Assembly: GCA_951406725.2 (NCBI GenBank)
Contig: OX597822.1
Location: 58,094,001-58,158,000 of the forward strand
DNA length: 64,000 nt
Direction of reading: 5' to 3'
Source: Octopus vulgaris
Taxonomy: Eukaryota
Part shown: piece after piece, positions 25,636 to 38,729 of the stretch
How positions within the stretch are numbered: position 1 is the stretch's first letter
Layout of the letters: each line of letters begins with the position of its first letter
The notes under the pieces: model-generated
What the model was told of the DNA's origin: nothing
The model's input: only the letters and a program-made list of their open reading frames with translations
Databases searched by the model: none
Made by a program: the position numbers and the translations under genes

Positions 25636-26654
25636 AGCCAGAAATGATATTTAAAATGAAAATATCTGAAATAAACTTGACTGCTCTTACAAACGAGCAT
25701 ACTAAAAACAAACCCGACTGCTCTCAAAAATTAAGTAAAAGGACCCGAAAAATATAATCCAGAAACATACCTGAAAGTTTCTTCTAGTGGTTCTTGAGAT
25801 ATTGTGTCCATGAACAAACAAACAAACACAACAGAAAACAATACTAAGACAGAGGTAATAAATAAGAATCAAAGTTAAACAAGTAAAAAGCTATTGAGTA
25901 CTTTGTTTTATTAGAGTGTGAAATATCTTTTATCTTTTACTTGTTTCAGTCATTAGACTGTGACCATGCTGGGGTACAACCTTGAAGAATTTTAGTTGAA
26001 AGAATCTTACTATTATTTTTTAAAGCCTGGTACATATTTTATTGAAATGCTAAGTTATGGGATGTAAACACACCAACATTGATTGTCAAGCAGTGGTGGG
26101 CGACAAAGACAAACACAAAATCATATATATAAATATGTATGTATGTTTCCATCTATCAAATCCACATACAAAGTTTTGGTCACCCTGAGGCTAAAATAGA
26201 AGAAAATTTGTCCAATAGGACCGAACATGGAACCATGTTGTCAGGAAGCAAACTGCACACACCTATGCCTATATACACATATTCAATGTACCAGTGTTTC
26301 TAAATCACTGTCTTTGATTTGTTAGACCTGCATGTTCTGTTTTAAATCTACCATTCCATGATGGTCTGTTGGTGTGTAAAGTGGAGCTCACACTACTGCA
26401 ATCATGTGGACTAGCTACAACATTCACTCACCAACATGTAAGTGAATGCTAAGGGTTTGCTTTAAAAGTAAAATAAATAGAATACTGAGTAAATGGAAGG
26501 GATGGTTTGTGTACATGATTATTTGCAGGACCTCCTCAGCTGATGAAATTGATGTGGTTCATGTTATTCAGATTCAACATTTGTTGACCAATGTGATCAC
26601 GTGACACGGAAGTGAAACCTATTCAGTGTGGCTGGATGGTCAACAAGATCATAT

Positions 26655-27220
26655 TGTAGCCACATGGTTTCAGGTTCAGTCCCAATGTGCAGTACCTTGT
26701 GTAAGTATTTTCTACTATAGCTCAGGGCTGAATAGTGCTTTATGAGTGAATTTAGTAGAAACTTTAAGGCGGCGAGCTAGAAGAAACGTTAGCACCCCGG
26801 GCGAATAGCTTAGCGGTATTTCGTCTGCTGTTACGTTCTGAGTTCAAATTCCGCCGAGGTCGACTTTACCTTTCATCCTTTTGGGGTTGATAAATTAAGT
26901 ACCAGTTACGCACTGGGGTCGATGTAACCGACTTAATCCCTTTGTCTGTCCTTGTTTGTCCCCTCTATGTTTAGCCCCTTGTGGGCATCAATAAGGAAAT
27001 AAGAAACTTTGTAGAAGCTCATTGTGTGTGTGTGTGCATGCACGTGTCATTGTGGGTTTTTTTATGTCTCTGTAACTTAGCAGTTCAGTAAACAAGATTG
27101 ACAGAATAGGTATTGGACTTCAAAAATAAAGTACTGGAATCAATTTGTTTGACTAAAACCCTCTAAGATGGGACCCCAGCATGGCCACAGCCCAACGACT
27201 GAAACAAATAAAAGATTAAA
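26655..27220 (+). mobile_element. SINE B with nested SINE A (26768-27001)
   Basis: TSD AGAAACTTT at 26757-26765 and 27002-27010. Confidence 0.85.
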
Positions 27221-27493
27221 AAATATGCTTTTGGGGAATGATAATATAGAGAAAAAGTAAATTCTTCATGTGTTTGGATCTAGAACTTGGTTTTAATTCC
27301 CACTTCTGTCTATTTCACTTCACCTATGTCACTATTGTCCCACAGTAAACATATGAATGACAGACATAATATCCTCTGGGACTCCCTACCTACATATAAG
27401 GAGAACCAACTGCATTCCTGAGCGTACAACCAGGACCTGAAACCAACATTTAGTTTTGGCATTACAAATATTGTTTTAGTGGGGGGAGGGGGG

Positions 27494-27532
<39 letters not shown>

Positions 27533-27756
27533 ATATGTATATATTAAAATATTACTGAATGGATGAAGGGAGGATCACAGAAAAAAAAATGTCACATTTC
27601 ATTTAAATATCATAAATAATAGTTAAACTAATTAACTATTATTTTGTCCAGATTAAGATTAGTCATTAATTGACAAGGGAATGGAATATCTACTAAAAGT
27701 CATGTTTACACACATATACACCACATACACAGATATATCAATCTATCTATATACAC

Positions 27757-27791
<35 letters not shown>

Positions 27792-27906
27792 TCAAAGGCG
27801 CAGGAGTGGCTGTGTGGCACCTTGGGCAAGTGTCTTCTACCATAGCTTCAGGCCAACCAAAGCCTTGTGAGAGGATTTGGTAGACGGAAACTGAAAGAAG
27901 CCCATC

Positions 27907-27967
<61 letters not shown>

Positions 27968-29250
27968 TGTTTGTGTGTCTGTGTTTGTCCATCCAACTGA
28001 TGCTGGTGTGTTTACGTACCCGTAACTTAGCGGTTCGGCAAAAGGGACCAATAGAATAAGTACTGGGCTTACAAAGAATAAGTCCTAGGGTCAATTTGCT
28101 CGACTAAAGGCTCCAGCATGGCCGCAGTCAAATGACTGAAACAAGTAAAAGAGTAAAGAGTAATATATATATATATATAGTCATATACATGTGATGAAAC
28201 TTTTTAACCCCTGATATACTTGTTGTTAAGTCTTAGGTCAGCCCTAAATTAAAGCATTCCAGCCATGACCACACTGTTTTATGTGACGTTTCCTTTCTAT
28301 TTTAAAAGGCTGTGGTTTCAGGGGAATTTTTCCTATATCCAGATGAATTTGTCCCATTGCTTTTCAATAAAGTCATGAAAACCACAACATTGCATATCTC
28401 TAACTATTCACAACTAATAAGCTGATTATTGTCATTGTTGATTAATTAACCAGTCTCACCACCATCACCTCACAAATACCCATAACTGACCCTCGAGTTC
28501 CGGTCTATTTTCTTATTTGAAAATTTTGTGCGTGTGTGTGTGTCTGTGTGTCTGTGTGTGTATGTGTGTGCTTGTGTAAGAGAGGGTATACATGTTTCTG
28601 AGAATCATGAGGGTTATTGTTACAAGTGTGTGTATGTGTGTGTGTGTGTGCGTGCACGCACGTGATCTTTGTGTATTTCTTAATTATCTGTTTTTCTTAT
28701 TGTACATTGTACATGTTTGTACAAGTATGTTGGGGATGGATGGATGTGTGTGCGTACGTGTGTGTTGCTATGCTTGTTATTAGATACATAAATGAGAAAG
28801 ATACATGAGAACCTGGCTTTGAGATATATAGAAGACAAAGATGTATATAGGTGTGAGTATGTGTGCCTGTATGTACATGTATGTCTGTCTGTCTGGGAAA
28901 GCCTGTTATCAGTGTCTCAAAGGTTTTGCAAGGATTGCTTTCACAGTTATTCACTGGTGCTGTGTCGTTTTGTCTCACAGCATGTACAGAATTACATCAT
29001 TTGTAAATATGTGACAGACAGACAGTCAACAGAGAGTCAGTGCTCAATGTTAACATATCTGGTAAATATAAATATATATTGGCATATGTTCTATGTGAGT
29101 ATGTGTGCATGAGTGTATACACATGCACATACATGCATACACATATGCATAAGCACAGTCACATACTTTGTGTAAGTATAAATGCACAAACACATATGCA
29201 TGTGTGTGTGTGTGTGTGTGTGTACAAATATGTATATGTTAGTTAGTTAG

Positions 29251-30810
29251 ATAGTTATTCAAGGCCTCGATGTCAACAAGGGTCACGGCCCTGACGGCAT
29301 ACACCCACGGCTTATCAAAGCGTTGACTCCGGTCATCTGCGAGCCCTTAACATGTCTATTCAATATGTCATTGGCGACGGGTGTCATACCTGCGGACTGG
29401 AGAACAGCGATAATCTGCCCAATTTTCAAGAAAGGGAGCCGCGAAGACCTGCTTAACTACCGACCGGTTTCCCTTACATCAATAATCAGCAAGATGTTCG
29501 AAACCATCCTTAAGAAAAGTATGATGCTCCACCTCCAAAACACAGCCTCTATCTCTGATTCCCAACACAGCTTCGTGCCGGAGAGATCATGCTTGACCAA
29601 CTTACTGGTAATGGAAGAATTGGTGATGCGCATCCTCGATGATAGTGATGCCGTTGATATCGTTTTATTGGACTTTGCCAAAGCTTTTGACTCGGTAAAC
29701 CACCGCCTATTACTTGTCAAGCTTCAAGCATATAGTTTCCATCCGGATATTGTACGATGGGTTGGTGCCTTCCTCTTAGATCGCTCCTTCCAAGTCCAAG
29801 TTAATGGTTCACGGTCCGACGTCTCCAGTGCGAGCAGTGGCATGCCCGAAGGTTCAGTGCTTGGGCCCTTATTGTTCTTAGTCTTCATAAATGACTTGCC
29901 TGACGACCTCATGCAACACACCCTTCTATTTGCCGACGATGTCAAACTGGTCGCTCCTCGCGGTGATAGAGAGGATCTTCGTCGATGCCTCCACAAAATT
30001 TGGAGATAGTCTAACAAATGGGACCTGTGTCTGAACATGTCAAAGTGCTGTTATCTGCCTGTTGGCTCTCCTCTTGCAACTCAACTTGATTTCGAGCCGG
30101 GTCGTCTGCTGCTGGAGAGGACCGATCAGGTAAAGGACCTGGGTATCTTGGTGGATTCCTCCTTTTCGCCTTCGGCCCAGTGTGTCCATGCTACCAACAA
30201 AGCATGCGGAATTCTGTTCTTGATTCGACGGTCATTCGGAATGCTCACAGCAGCCATATTCCTACCGCTCTATGTCATGCTGGTGAGACCCATATTGGAG
30301 TATGGGATTCAAGCCTCTTCTCCTTATCTCCTCAAAGACATACAGCATCTCGAAAGAGTCCAGAAGCTGGCTACCCGCATGGTTCATGGTCTCAAGAATT
30401 TGTCTTATGAAGAAAGGCTGAAGACACTCGACCTTTATTCTCTAGAAAAACGCCGCCACCGTAGTGATCTCATTCTCGCTCACAACATCATAAGCGGAAA
30501 GTGTAACCTCTTGAAAGAGCTGTTCTTCACTCCTGCTCCAGAGCGTCGGCTGCGGAGTCATTCCAAAAAGCTCTATCTGCGACGATTTCATCTCAATCGA
30601 AGGAGAGGGGCTTTCTCCATCCGGGTTGCGGATCCGTGGAATAAGCTGCCAGCCGAGATGGTGAAGATGCCGACGACTGCTTTGTTGAAAGTTTCCCTTG
30701 ACCTCAAGTGGCCTGAACTCTTTACATGAATACCACCCTGTACATAACTCCATGTCCCCCTACATGACCTTGCTTTTTGCTTTTTGAGCCAAAAAATTAA
30801 CTAACTAACT
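29251..30810 (+). mobile_element. 5'-truncated CR1-type non-LTR retrotransposon; RT domain to C-terminus, 3'UTR and (CTAA)n tail
   Basis: GPDGIHPR, WRTAIICPIFKKG, NYRPVSLTS, LDFAKAFDSV, GMPEGSVLGPLLF, LFADDVK, VRPILEY motifs; ORFs 29323-30009 and 30037-30729 are in the same frame with one TAG between them. Confidence 0.93.
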
Positions 30811-31243
30811 ACAATCACACAAACATACATATTATCTACATTGTAAACAGCTGGTCATAGGCACACCACACCTTCACCTCTTCTTTTCTCCACTCCAATG
30901 CATCTTACTACTTGTCCCACTTATTACCAAGGACAATCATGGCAAGGTACATAAACCCACAACACCAACACCATCCCCTCTCACTCCTCAACATCTAATC
31001 TACCTACCATATCCACCTTGCCACCCACCTTCTACCCTTTCTCTTACCCTGTACTTAATCTAATTTACCACTCCATCTACCTTATCTAAATTTCCCACTC
31101 CACTGGCTTACATCCTCTTATCTCTCCAATTACCTATACCCCTCACTACTTATATACATCTAATCTATCTACTACACTACATAACCTTTCTGTACTCATC
31201 CTAGTAATATATACCCTGTCAATCTCTTTCTCATCAACCCTGC

Positions 31244-32990
31244 CTACCAAGTTAGTTATTGGTAGGTAGCTAATTAGTTATAGGGTGCCTACCTATAACT
31301 AACTTTGTAGCCAGAGTTGATCCTCTACTGTACACATTCCAATATAACATGTTTGTCTTAACAAATGTACCTCAAATTATTCCTCAGATACTCTGCCTAT
31401 CTCCGTACATATATATGTATTGGGTCATCCCACAAATAATGCAGTTTTTTCAATTGCATGAACTAAAAGTTGGAGAGAGTTGGGATAAACTATCTGCATC
31501 AATTTGCTATAAAAGCAGGTAGTAATTTTACCTTGTACTTATTTTTAGTGCGAGTTTTGAAGAGTACAGTTCGATTTTAACAGTTATTTTTTTCAAAGCT
31601 ATAATGGAAGTGACAAAGGAGCATATTCAGCACATTTTGCTTTATGAGTTCAATAAAGGCAACAACGCGGTGGAAAGTGTGAGGAATATTAATGCAGTAT
31701 ATGAATATCGGACAGTGCGTGTAAGCTAGTGTCAACAGTGATTCCAGAAATTCTGAGCCAGAAACTACACCCTAGAAGACATGCTTTGTCCTGGAAGATC
31801 TGTTAGAGCTCAAGAGGGACATCCTACAAACCCTGATGGAACAAAATCCCATCATAATGGTTGAGGAACTAACAGAGAAGTTTGGATTTGGTCATTCAAC
31901 TATTCATCAACACTTGTGTGCCATTGGAAAAGTCAGAAAATTGGATCAGTGGTTTCCTCACAAACTTTCCAAGTCTAATTGCATGTAGAGAGTGAATGTG
32001 TGCTCTTCTTTGCTGTCATGTTTTACAAGTGAACCTCTTTTGAATTGAATATAGTAACTGGTGACAAGAAATGGGTTCTCTATAAAAATGTCAAATGCCA
32101 AAGATAGTGGATAGGGAAAGGAGAAACACTGGCACCCCAGACTAAAGAAGGTCTTCAATCACTGAAGTTGTTATCTGTTTGGTGGGATATGAAAAGTTTA
32201 GTCCACTTTGAACGTTTAAACCCAAACCAAACAATAACAAAGGAGATCTACTGCAAGCAGCTTGAATGGCTTAAGTCAGCACCTGAAGAGAAACAACCAT
32301 CTTTGGTTTCAAGGATAATGCTTGGCCACATACAGTGAGGATGACATTCCAAAGGCTGGAGCAGTTTGAATGGGAAACGATGCTCCACCAACCCTATTTG
32401 CTGGACATTATCCCATCTGATTATCATTTATTCCATAGTCTTCAAAATAATTTGGATGGAAAAAATATTAATTTTGTAGACCAGAACAGTACTGGAAGAG
32501 TATTTTCTATCACAGACAAGTGAATTTTGGAAGAAGCCTTGCAAGCCTACCAGATAGATGGAAAAGGATTGTAGAAAGTGAAGGAGTGTATATTTTAGAT
32601 TAAAAAACAACTTTATCTTAATTTTGAAAAATAAAAGAAGTATAAAAAATCCACATTATTTATGAGATGGCCTAATATATCTAACTTGATTTTGTTATAG
32701 GTATGTAACTAATTAGTTATAGGGTGCTTACCTATAAGTAACTTGGTAGCCAGAATTGATTCTCTACTATACACATTCCAATATAACATGCCTATCTTAA
32801 CAAATGTACCTCAAATTATTCCTCATATACTCTGCCTATCTCCATACATACATGTGTATGTCTAACTTGATTTTGTTATAGGTAGGTAACTAATTAGTTA
32901 TAGGGTGCCTACCTATAACTAACTTGGTAGCCAGAGTTGATTCTCTAGTCTCTACTGTACACTCTGCCTATCTCTACATGTACATATGTA
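31244..32990. repeat. ~180-bp tandem repeat (about 3 units) interrupted by a mariner
   Basis: Unit TAATTAGTTATAGGGTGCCTACCTATAACTAACTTGGTAGCCAGAGTTGA... near 31270, 32710 and 32890. Confidence 0.85.
31420..32675 (+). mobile_element. Full-length heavily decayed mariner transposon
   Basis: TIRs TTGGGTCATCCCACAAATAATG / CATTATTTATGAGATGGCCTAA; TA TSD; MEVTKEHIQHILLYEFNKG start at 31604; IVTGDKKW and HQPYLLDIIPSDYHLF motifs. Confidence 0.92.
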
Positions 32991-34835
32991 TAACTTGCTT
33001 TTGTTAAATCTGACACATCCGCTGCTTACCTTAACACACCTGTCTCAACATCAACCTCAGCATGTCCCCTCTGTCCTTATACTATTCATGACTACATACA
33101 TGTCACAGCAATGTGCAGTATTGTTCTCAACTAGGGTAGAGCTACAGTGTAACTGGAGTGTCAGATCTGTCATCTGTACTTATCATGCTTAATAAATGTT
33201 GGAGAGATTTAAAAAAATTTCTCACTTTGTTCTCCTGTGACAACACAAAGTCACTTGAGCTTGTATCTCTCTCAATTTATGTTATATCATAATAACCTGA
33301 ATAGTGTTGTGTCATTTAGCTTGGGACATTTTAGGAACATATCTAGAATGCTTATCTATGTTAACTTTTAAACAACAACTTGTTAGCATGCAATATTTAT
33401 TCTGGCCCCCAGAACACTGAGTTCAAATCCTGCTGAATCAATTTGCATGTACTAATCTGGGGTTGCAGATAAGTGGAATTGTTAAAATGTCAGATGGGAT
33501 ACTTTAGTATATATGTTCTAGGCATTTGCATTTTGATGACAACATTGGTACTGAGACATATCAGTTCTTACATGCTTAATTGACTGCTGGTCCCCTTTTG
33601 TCTTTTATTATTTATCTTCTATTTGTTTAAGGCATTTGATTGCAGTCATACTGGGGCACAGCCTTGAAGGCTTTAGTTAAACAAATTGATCCTAGTACTT
33701 ATTTTTAAAAAAAATTCTGGTACTTATTTCCTGAACAACTAAGTTATGAGGAGTTATGTAAACAAACACCAATTGTCAAGCACTAAATTCTCAAGCAGTG
33801 AGGTGGGGACGTAAACACACACACACAGAGGCTTCCACAGAGTTTGCATAAGGCATTCGTTGGTTGGCCTGGTTCTATAGTAGAAGACACTAGCCCAAGG
33901 TGGTGGCCAATGAGATTGAACCTGAAGCCACATAGTTGTAAAACAAACTCTTCTTAACCACACAGCCATGTAAAAGAAAACAAAAAACAAAAAAAAAAGC
34001 CCCTATTCAGGTCAGTTCACCTTTAAAAAGGAAACTTTTTATATGTAGATCCATGAAACAAACAGAGGTTTTGGGTGATTTTAATTAACCTCTTCCCTAT
34101 CCAGGCATACTCTTAATTGACTCTGTATCTCACTATAACTCCCTAAACACTGATTTCTTAAATTACCTCCCTAAACTGACTTCCTCTCCTTTATGATATG
34201 ACCTGATGTATTCTGATTAGTGATTGTCAAGCATTTTTCAATTTTTCATTAAACTCTCGACCAGGGAGGAAGACAATGATCATGACATTTTAAAGAGCTA
34301 CTGAAACTAGAGGAAGGAAGATATCCTTAAATCCGAGGTCTAACTTGAGTGTGGGCACTGCCACGAAGAATTTTTAGTTGAATGAATCAACCCCAGGACT
34401 TGTTTTTTTTTTAAGCTTAGCACTTATTCTATTGGTCTCTTTTGCCAACCACTCACTAAGTTATGGGGACAAACACAGAGACACACACGCACACGTATAT
34501 ACAAGCAAAGTAGCTAGCTGAAAGATCTCAAAAAGATGAAAGTAGTAACTATACTGATGAGGAATGTTTATCATCATACCAATCTCGCTAGTCAATGTTA
34601 CTACCATTTTAACTCTAGGCAGATCTTCCGCCCGATGAAGTGCAACCTGCACTCCACTATATATTGCAAACAGGGTAGCGAACCTCTACCATCCTCTAAC
34701 AGATGATGGGATCACAAGACCAAATCAGTTTGGGGCTATTTGTGCCCATCTTCAGTCATGAAAACCCGACTGCCAGAAAGATAGCAGAAGTCCACTCCAG
34801 CTCACAATATATGGCAATAAACATTACTTATATAC

Positions 34836-35225
34836 TCTTTTACTTGTTTCAGTCATCTGACTGTGGCCATGCTGGAGCACTGCCTTTAGTCAAGCAAATC
34901 GACCCCAGGTTGTAAGCCTAGTACTTATTTTATCGGTCTCTTTTGCTGAACCGCTAAGTTACAGGGACATAAACACACCACCATCGGTTGTCAAGCAATG
35001 CTGGGGGGACAGACACACAAACATATATACATACATACATACATATATATATATATACATATATACGACGGGCTTCTTTCAGTTTCTGTCTACCAAATCC
35101 ACTCACAAGGCTTTGGTCTGCTGAGGCTATAGTAGAAAACACTTGCCCACGGTGCCACGCAGTGGGACTGAACCCGGAACCATGTGGTTCGTAAGCAAGC
35201 TACTTACCACACAGCTACTGCTATA
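34836..35225 (-). mobile_element. SINE family B, near full length
   Basis: Reverse complement of 19437-19825. Confidence 0.88.
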
Positions 35226-35294
35226 TGTGCATAATGTGCTTCATTTAGTATTGCCACGTTAACTTATCTATATTCATGTCATCAACCCACTCTA

Positions 35295-36100
35295 GGTTGG
35301 CTGTGTTAAGATGTTTGCTTCTTAACCTAATGGTTCCGGGTTCAGTTTTCCTGCATGGCACTGTAGGCAAGTGTTTTCTACTATGGCATCAGGCTGACCA
35401 AAGCCCAGTGAGTGGAGTTAGTAAACAGAAACTGAAGGAAGCCCAAGCTAAGGCAGTGAGCTGGCAGAAACATTAGCACGCCGTTAGCGGTATTTCGTCT
35501 GTCTTTATGTACTGAGTTCAAATTCCACCAAGGTCGACTTTGCCTTTCATCCTTTCAGGGTCGATAAATTAAGTACCAGTACTGGGGTCGATGTAATCGA
35601 CTTAATCCCTTTGTCTGTCCTTGTTTGTCCCCTCTATGTTTAGCTCCTTGTGAGCAATAAAGAAATAAGAAACTGAAGGAAACCTGTCGCATATATATGT
35701 GTGTTTGAGGGGTTGGGGGTGTATCTTTGTGTCTGTGTTTGTTCCTCACCACTGCTTGACAACCAGTGTTGGTATGTGAAGATACTAAAAATTTTGAAGT
35801 GAGTCAACACCAGCTGAACATTTCAGACCTATTTAAACCATATCTTAGTGGTTGAGCAAAAGAGACTGATAGAATAGAATAAGTACCAGGCTTTAAAACA
35901 ATTAGTACTGGGGTCAATTTATTTGATTTAAAAATTCTTCAAGGTGGTGTCCTAGAATGGCTGCAGACATCTATATAAGACAAGAAAGCTTCCCAGACAA
36001 ACGGGCATGCAGCCAATCAGGTAGTTAAGAATACAGTCTAGATCAGACAAACTGTTATAGATAAAAACTTCAGGTTGCAGACAAGACAAGTAAAAGAATA
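35295..36100 (+). mobile_element. Old SINE B carrying nested SINE A (35452-35667) and a templated inverted insert (35962-36088)
   Basis: TSD AGAAACTGAAGGAA at 35427-35440 and 35668-35681. Confidence 0.8.
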
Positions 36101-37616
36101 CTTATAGATCCAATAAACCTTCGTATGACAAGCTCAAGTTTTGATTATGCTTCATGGACAAGGTTTAATTTAATAAGACTGAAACATGCTTGTGATTATC
36201 CTTTACCTGCTAACAAACATTAGTTTCCCTCCTTAACCTTTTAACATTCAGATTATTCAGAGAAACGTAAAGCTTATTTATACATGTGGTTTTCAATTGA
36301 TCATGCATTATCATACAGCTTCAAGATTTTCATGATGTAATTGTTAATTTTTAGAGTGACATTGTCGGGTAGATGTGAAAGGCTGGATCTTGTCAGTTTG
36401 AACAGGGAACAGGCAGAATATTTGAACCAGATATGGCTTGGGTTAACATGTATATTAATTTTGTGTAATTCCTAATTTCATAAAATTATCTCCCCTTTTC
36501 TTTGGGACTTGTTAACATTTATTGCTGTTTTTGTTTTCTTCAGTGAAGAGAGAAATTTAAATTGACTTTTTTGTCTTTTGCATACAGGAATGTCACCCCT
36601 ATGACTTCCAGCTTGAATTAATGTTTTGCAGTTTAACAACTCTTGTCTGCAATTTTTTTTTTTTTTTTTTTGAAGAGTACTTGTGTGTAAAGTGATGTAG
36701 CTCGTTGTTGTTGTCTACTTAATGTTTTATTACATGTCTGTCAGCCTCCTCCCTCTCTCTTACTCAGTTATACATACACTAGTACATTCTCTTTCTCTCT
36801 TTCCTTCTCCTACTTTATTGTGATGCTATCTAGAAAGTCTGTCAGTCTGTCCAGCTCTCTGTCTTGTCTGCATACCTGAAGTCTTTATCTATAACAGTTT
36901 GTCTGATCTAGGCTGTATTCTTAACTACCTGATTGGCTGCATGCCTGTTTGTCTGGGAAGCTTTCTTGTCTTATATAGATGTCTGCAATTTTAAATTACC
37001 TAACCTGTGAATACTTTTTCTTAAAAAAACAAAGCAAAAATACTCCTTCAAAGCATTCCTTGTAAGATTTTAGATTAGACTGTGCTTCACTGAGGAGGTC
37101 TAATAAGGCAAAAACACATCCAGAGTTGTCACTATAACTAACAGTTTGCCAGCAGCATACTTACATTTAATTTTTAATCCTTTTTTATATCTTGGAGTTC
37201 TCTTCCTTGCTCCTCTCAACAATTGTCATTAGTAATTGCTTTCTTCACATATCAATTGTAATTTCAATTTATTAAAGAATTATATTTGGCTTACTGCATT
37301 AAGTACATTTGCTTACATGTTCTTCATGCAAGAAGCAACTCTGAGAAACCTTCCAATGTCCTGTGTGTGTTTGTGTCACCCTAACCAAATATCCTCCACT
37401 AATAGCTCTGAGCTGATCAAAGCCTTGTCAGTGGATTTGGTTGATAGAAGCTGAAAGAAACCTGTTATATATATATGTGTGTGTGTGTGAGTTTATGTGC
37501 TTGTCTCCCACCATCGCTTGACAACCAATGCTGGTTGTTTATGTTCCCATAACTTAGTGGTTCAGCAAACGAGACTGATAGAATAAGTACCGACCTTAAA
37601 AAAGTAAATAAATACC

Positions 37617-37791
37617 TATTTCTTTACTACCCACAAGGGGCTAAACACAGAGGGGACAAACAAGGACAGACAAACGGATTAAGTCGATTACATCGATTGC
37701 ATAACTGGTACTTAATTTATCGACCCCGAAAGGATGAAAGGCAAAGTCGACCTCAGCGGAATTTGAACTCAGAACGTTACGGCAGACGAAA
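37617..37791 (-). mobile_element. 5'-truncated SINE A nested in SINE B
   Basis: 16-bp TSD AAAGTAAATAAATACC. Confidence 0.85.
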
Positions 37792-38564
37792 TAAAGTAAA
37801 TAAATACCAAGCTCAATTTGTTTCAGTAAACCCTTCAAGGTGGTGCACCAGCAAGGACATTAAAATGATGAAGATGAAGATACAAGTTAGTCTGTCAATA
37901 AATCAATCTGCTCATCTATATAGTTTATCAGTAAACTTTATCCCCTTACAAACTCATTCAACCCATGATGGCATGGAAAACTGATGTTAAATGATGATGA
38001 AACTCACTAGCCTCAAAACAGTTCTACTTCCAATGTTCACCATCTCTCTTCTTGCTTTTGTTCTTTTTCATTCCAACCTTTTATTATTTGGTACATACTA
38101 AATCATTCACTCTTAAAGTCCTGCTCCTGGATTTTTTTTTTCATCTTTTTGTATGCCTGTCTGTCCTTGTTGTTACACACACACACACACTCCCTCGTTC
38201 TCTCTCTTGCACACACTCTCTTCATAACCTCACCACCATGGGGCCTCCCAGCAAGGGAGATAATGTCAGCATCTTAAACATACCAGCTGGTAAAACTATT
38301 CTTTTAAGAAACATCCATCTCTCATCTTGTGTGATCTCTATTCTGTAGCAAATGGTAAGGGTAGTGGTGGTGGCGGAGGCAGTAGCACTGGTGGTGGTGT
38401 GGTGTATGGAGGGGGGAGGCCAACTATGTTGCTTTAAAATTACCCCCCCACACACACACACACCTTAATTTTTTTTTATTTTCCTTTCTTTGGGCCCCAC
38501 CTCACTGTGTCCCTTTTCTCAATGTTCCAATACTATCTACAGTACCTGTAACACTACCATCATA

Positions 38565-38611
<47 letters not shown>

Positions 38612-38729
38612 CTATTTATAAGTACTATTACCACCAACACCACTAACCATTAAGTACCACAGTCATCGTTCTCCATCCAGCCTAGATAGAAACCCATCAT
38701 CAACAAAACTGTGTTGCAGAACAAAAGTT

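Noticed and set aside
29457-30753. Minus-strand ORFs over the LINE
   Set aside because: Antisense shadows of the RT frame
30840-31245. G-poor, C-rich strand-skewed tract (complementary skew at 18800-19260 and 47400-47880)
   Set aside because: Low-complexity sequence with no alignable unit detected by eye
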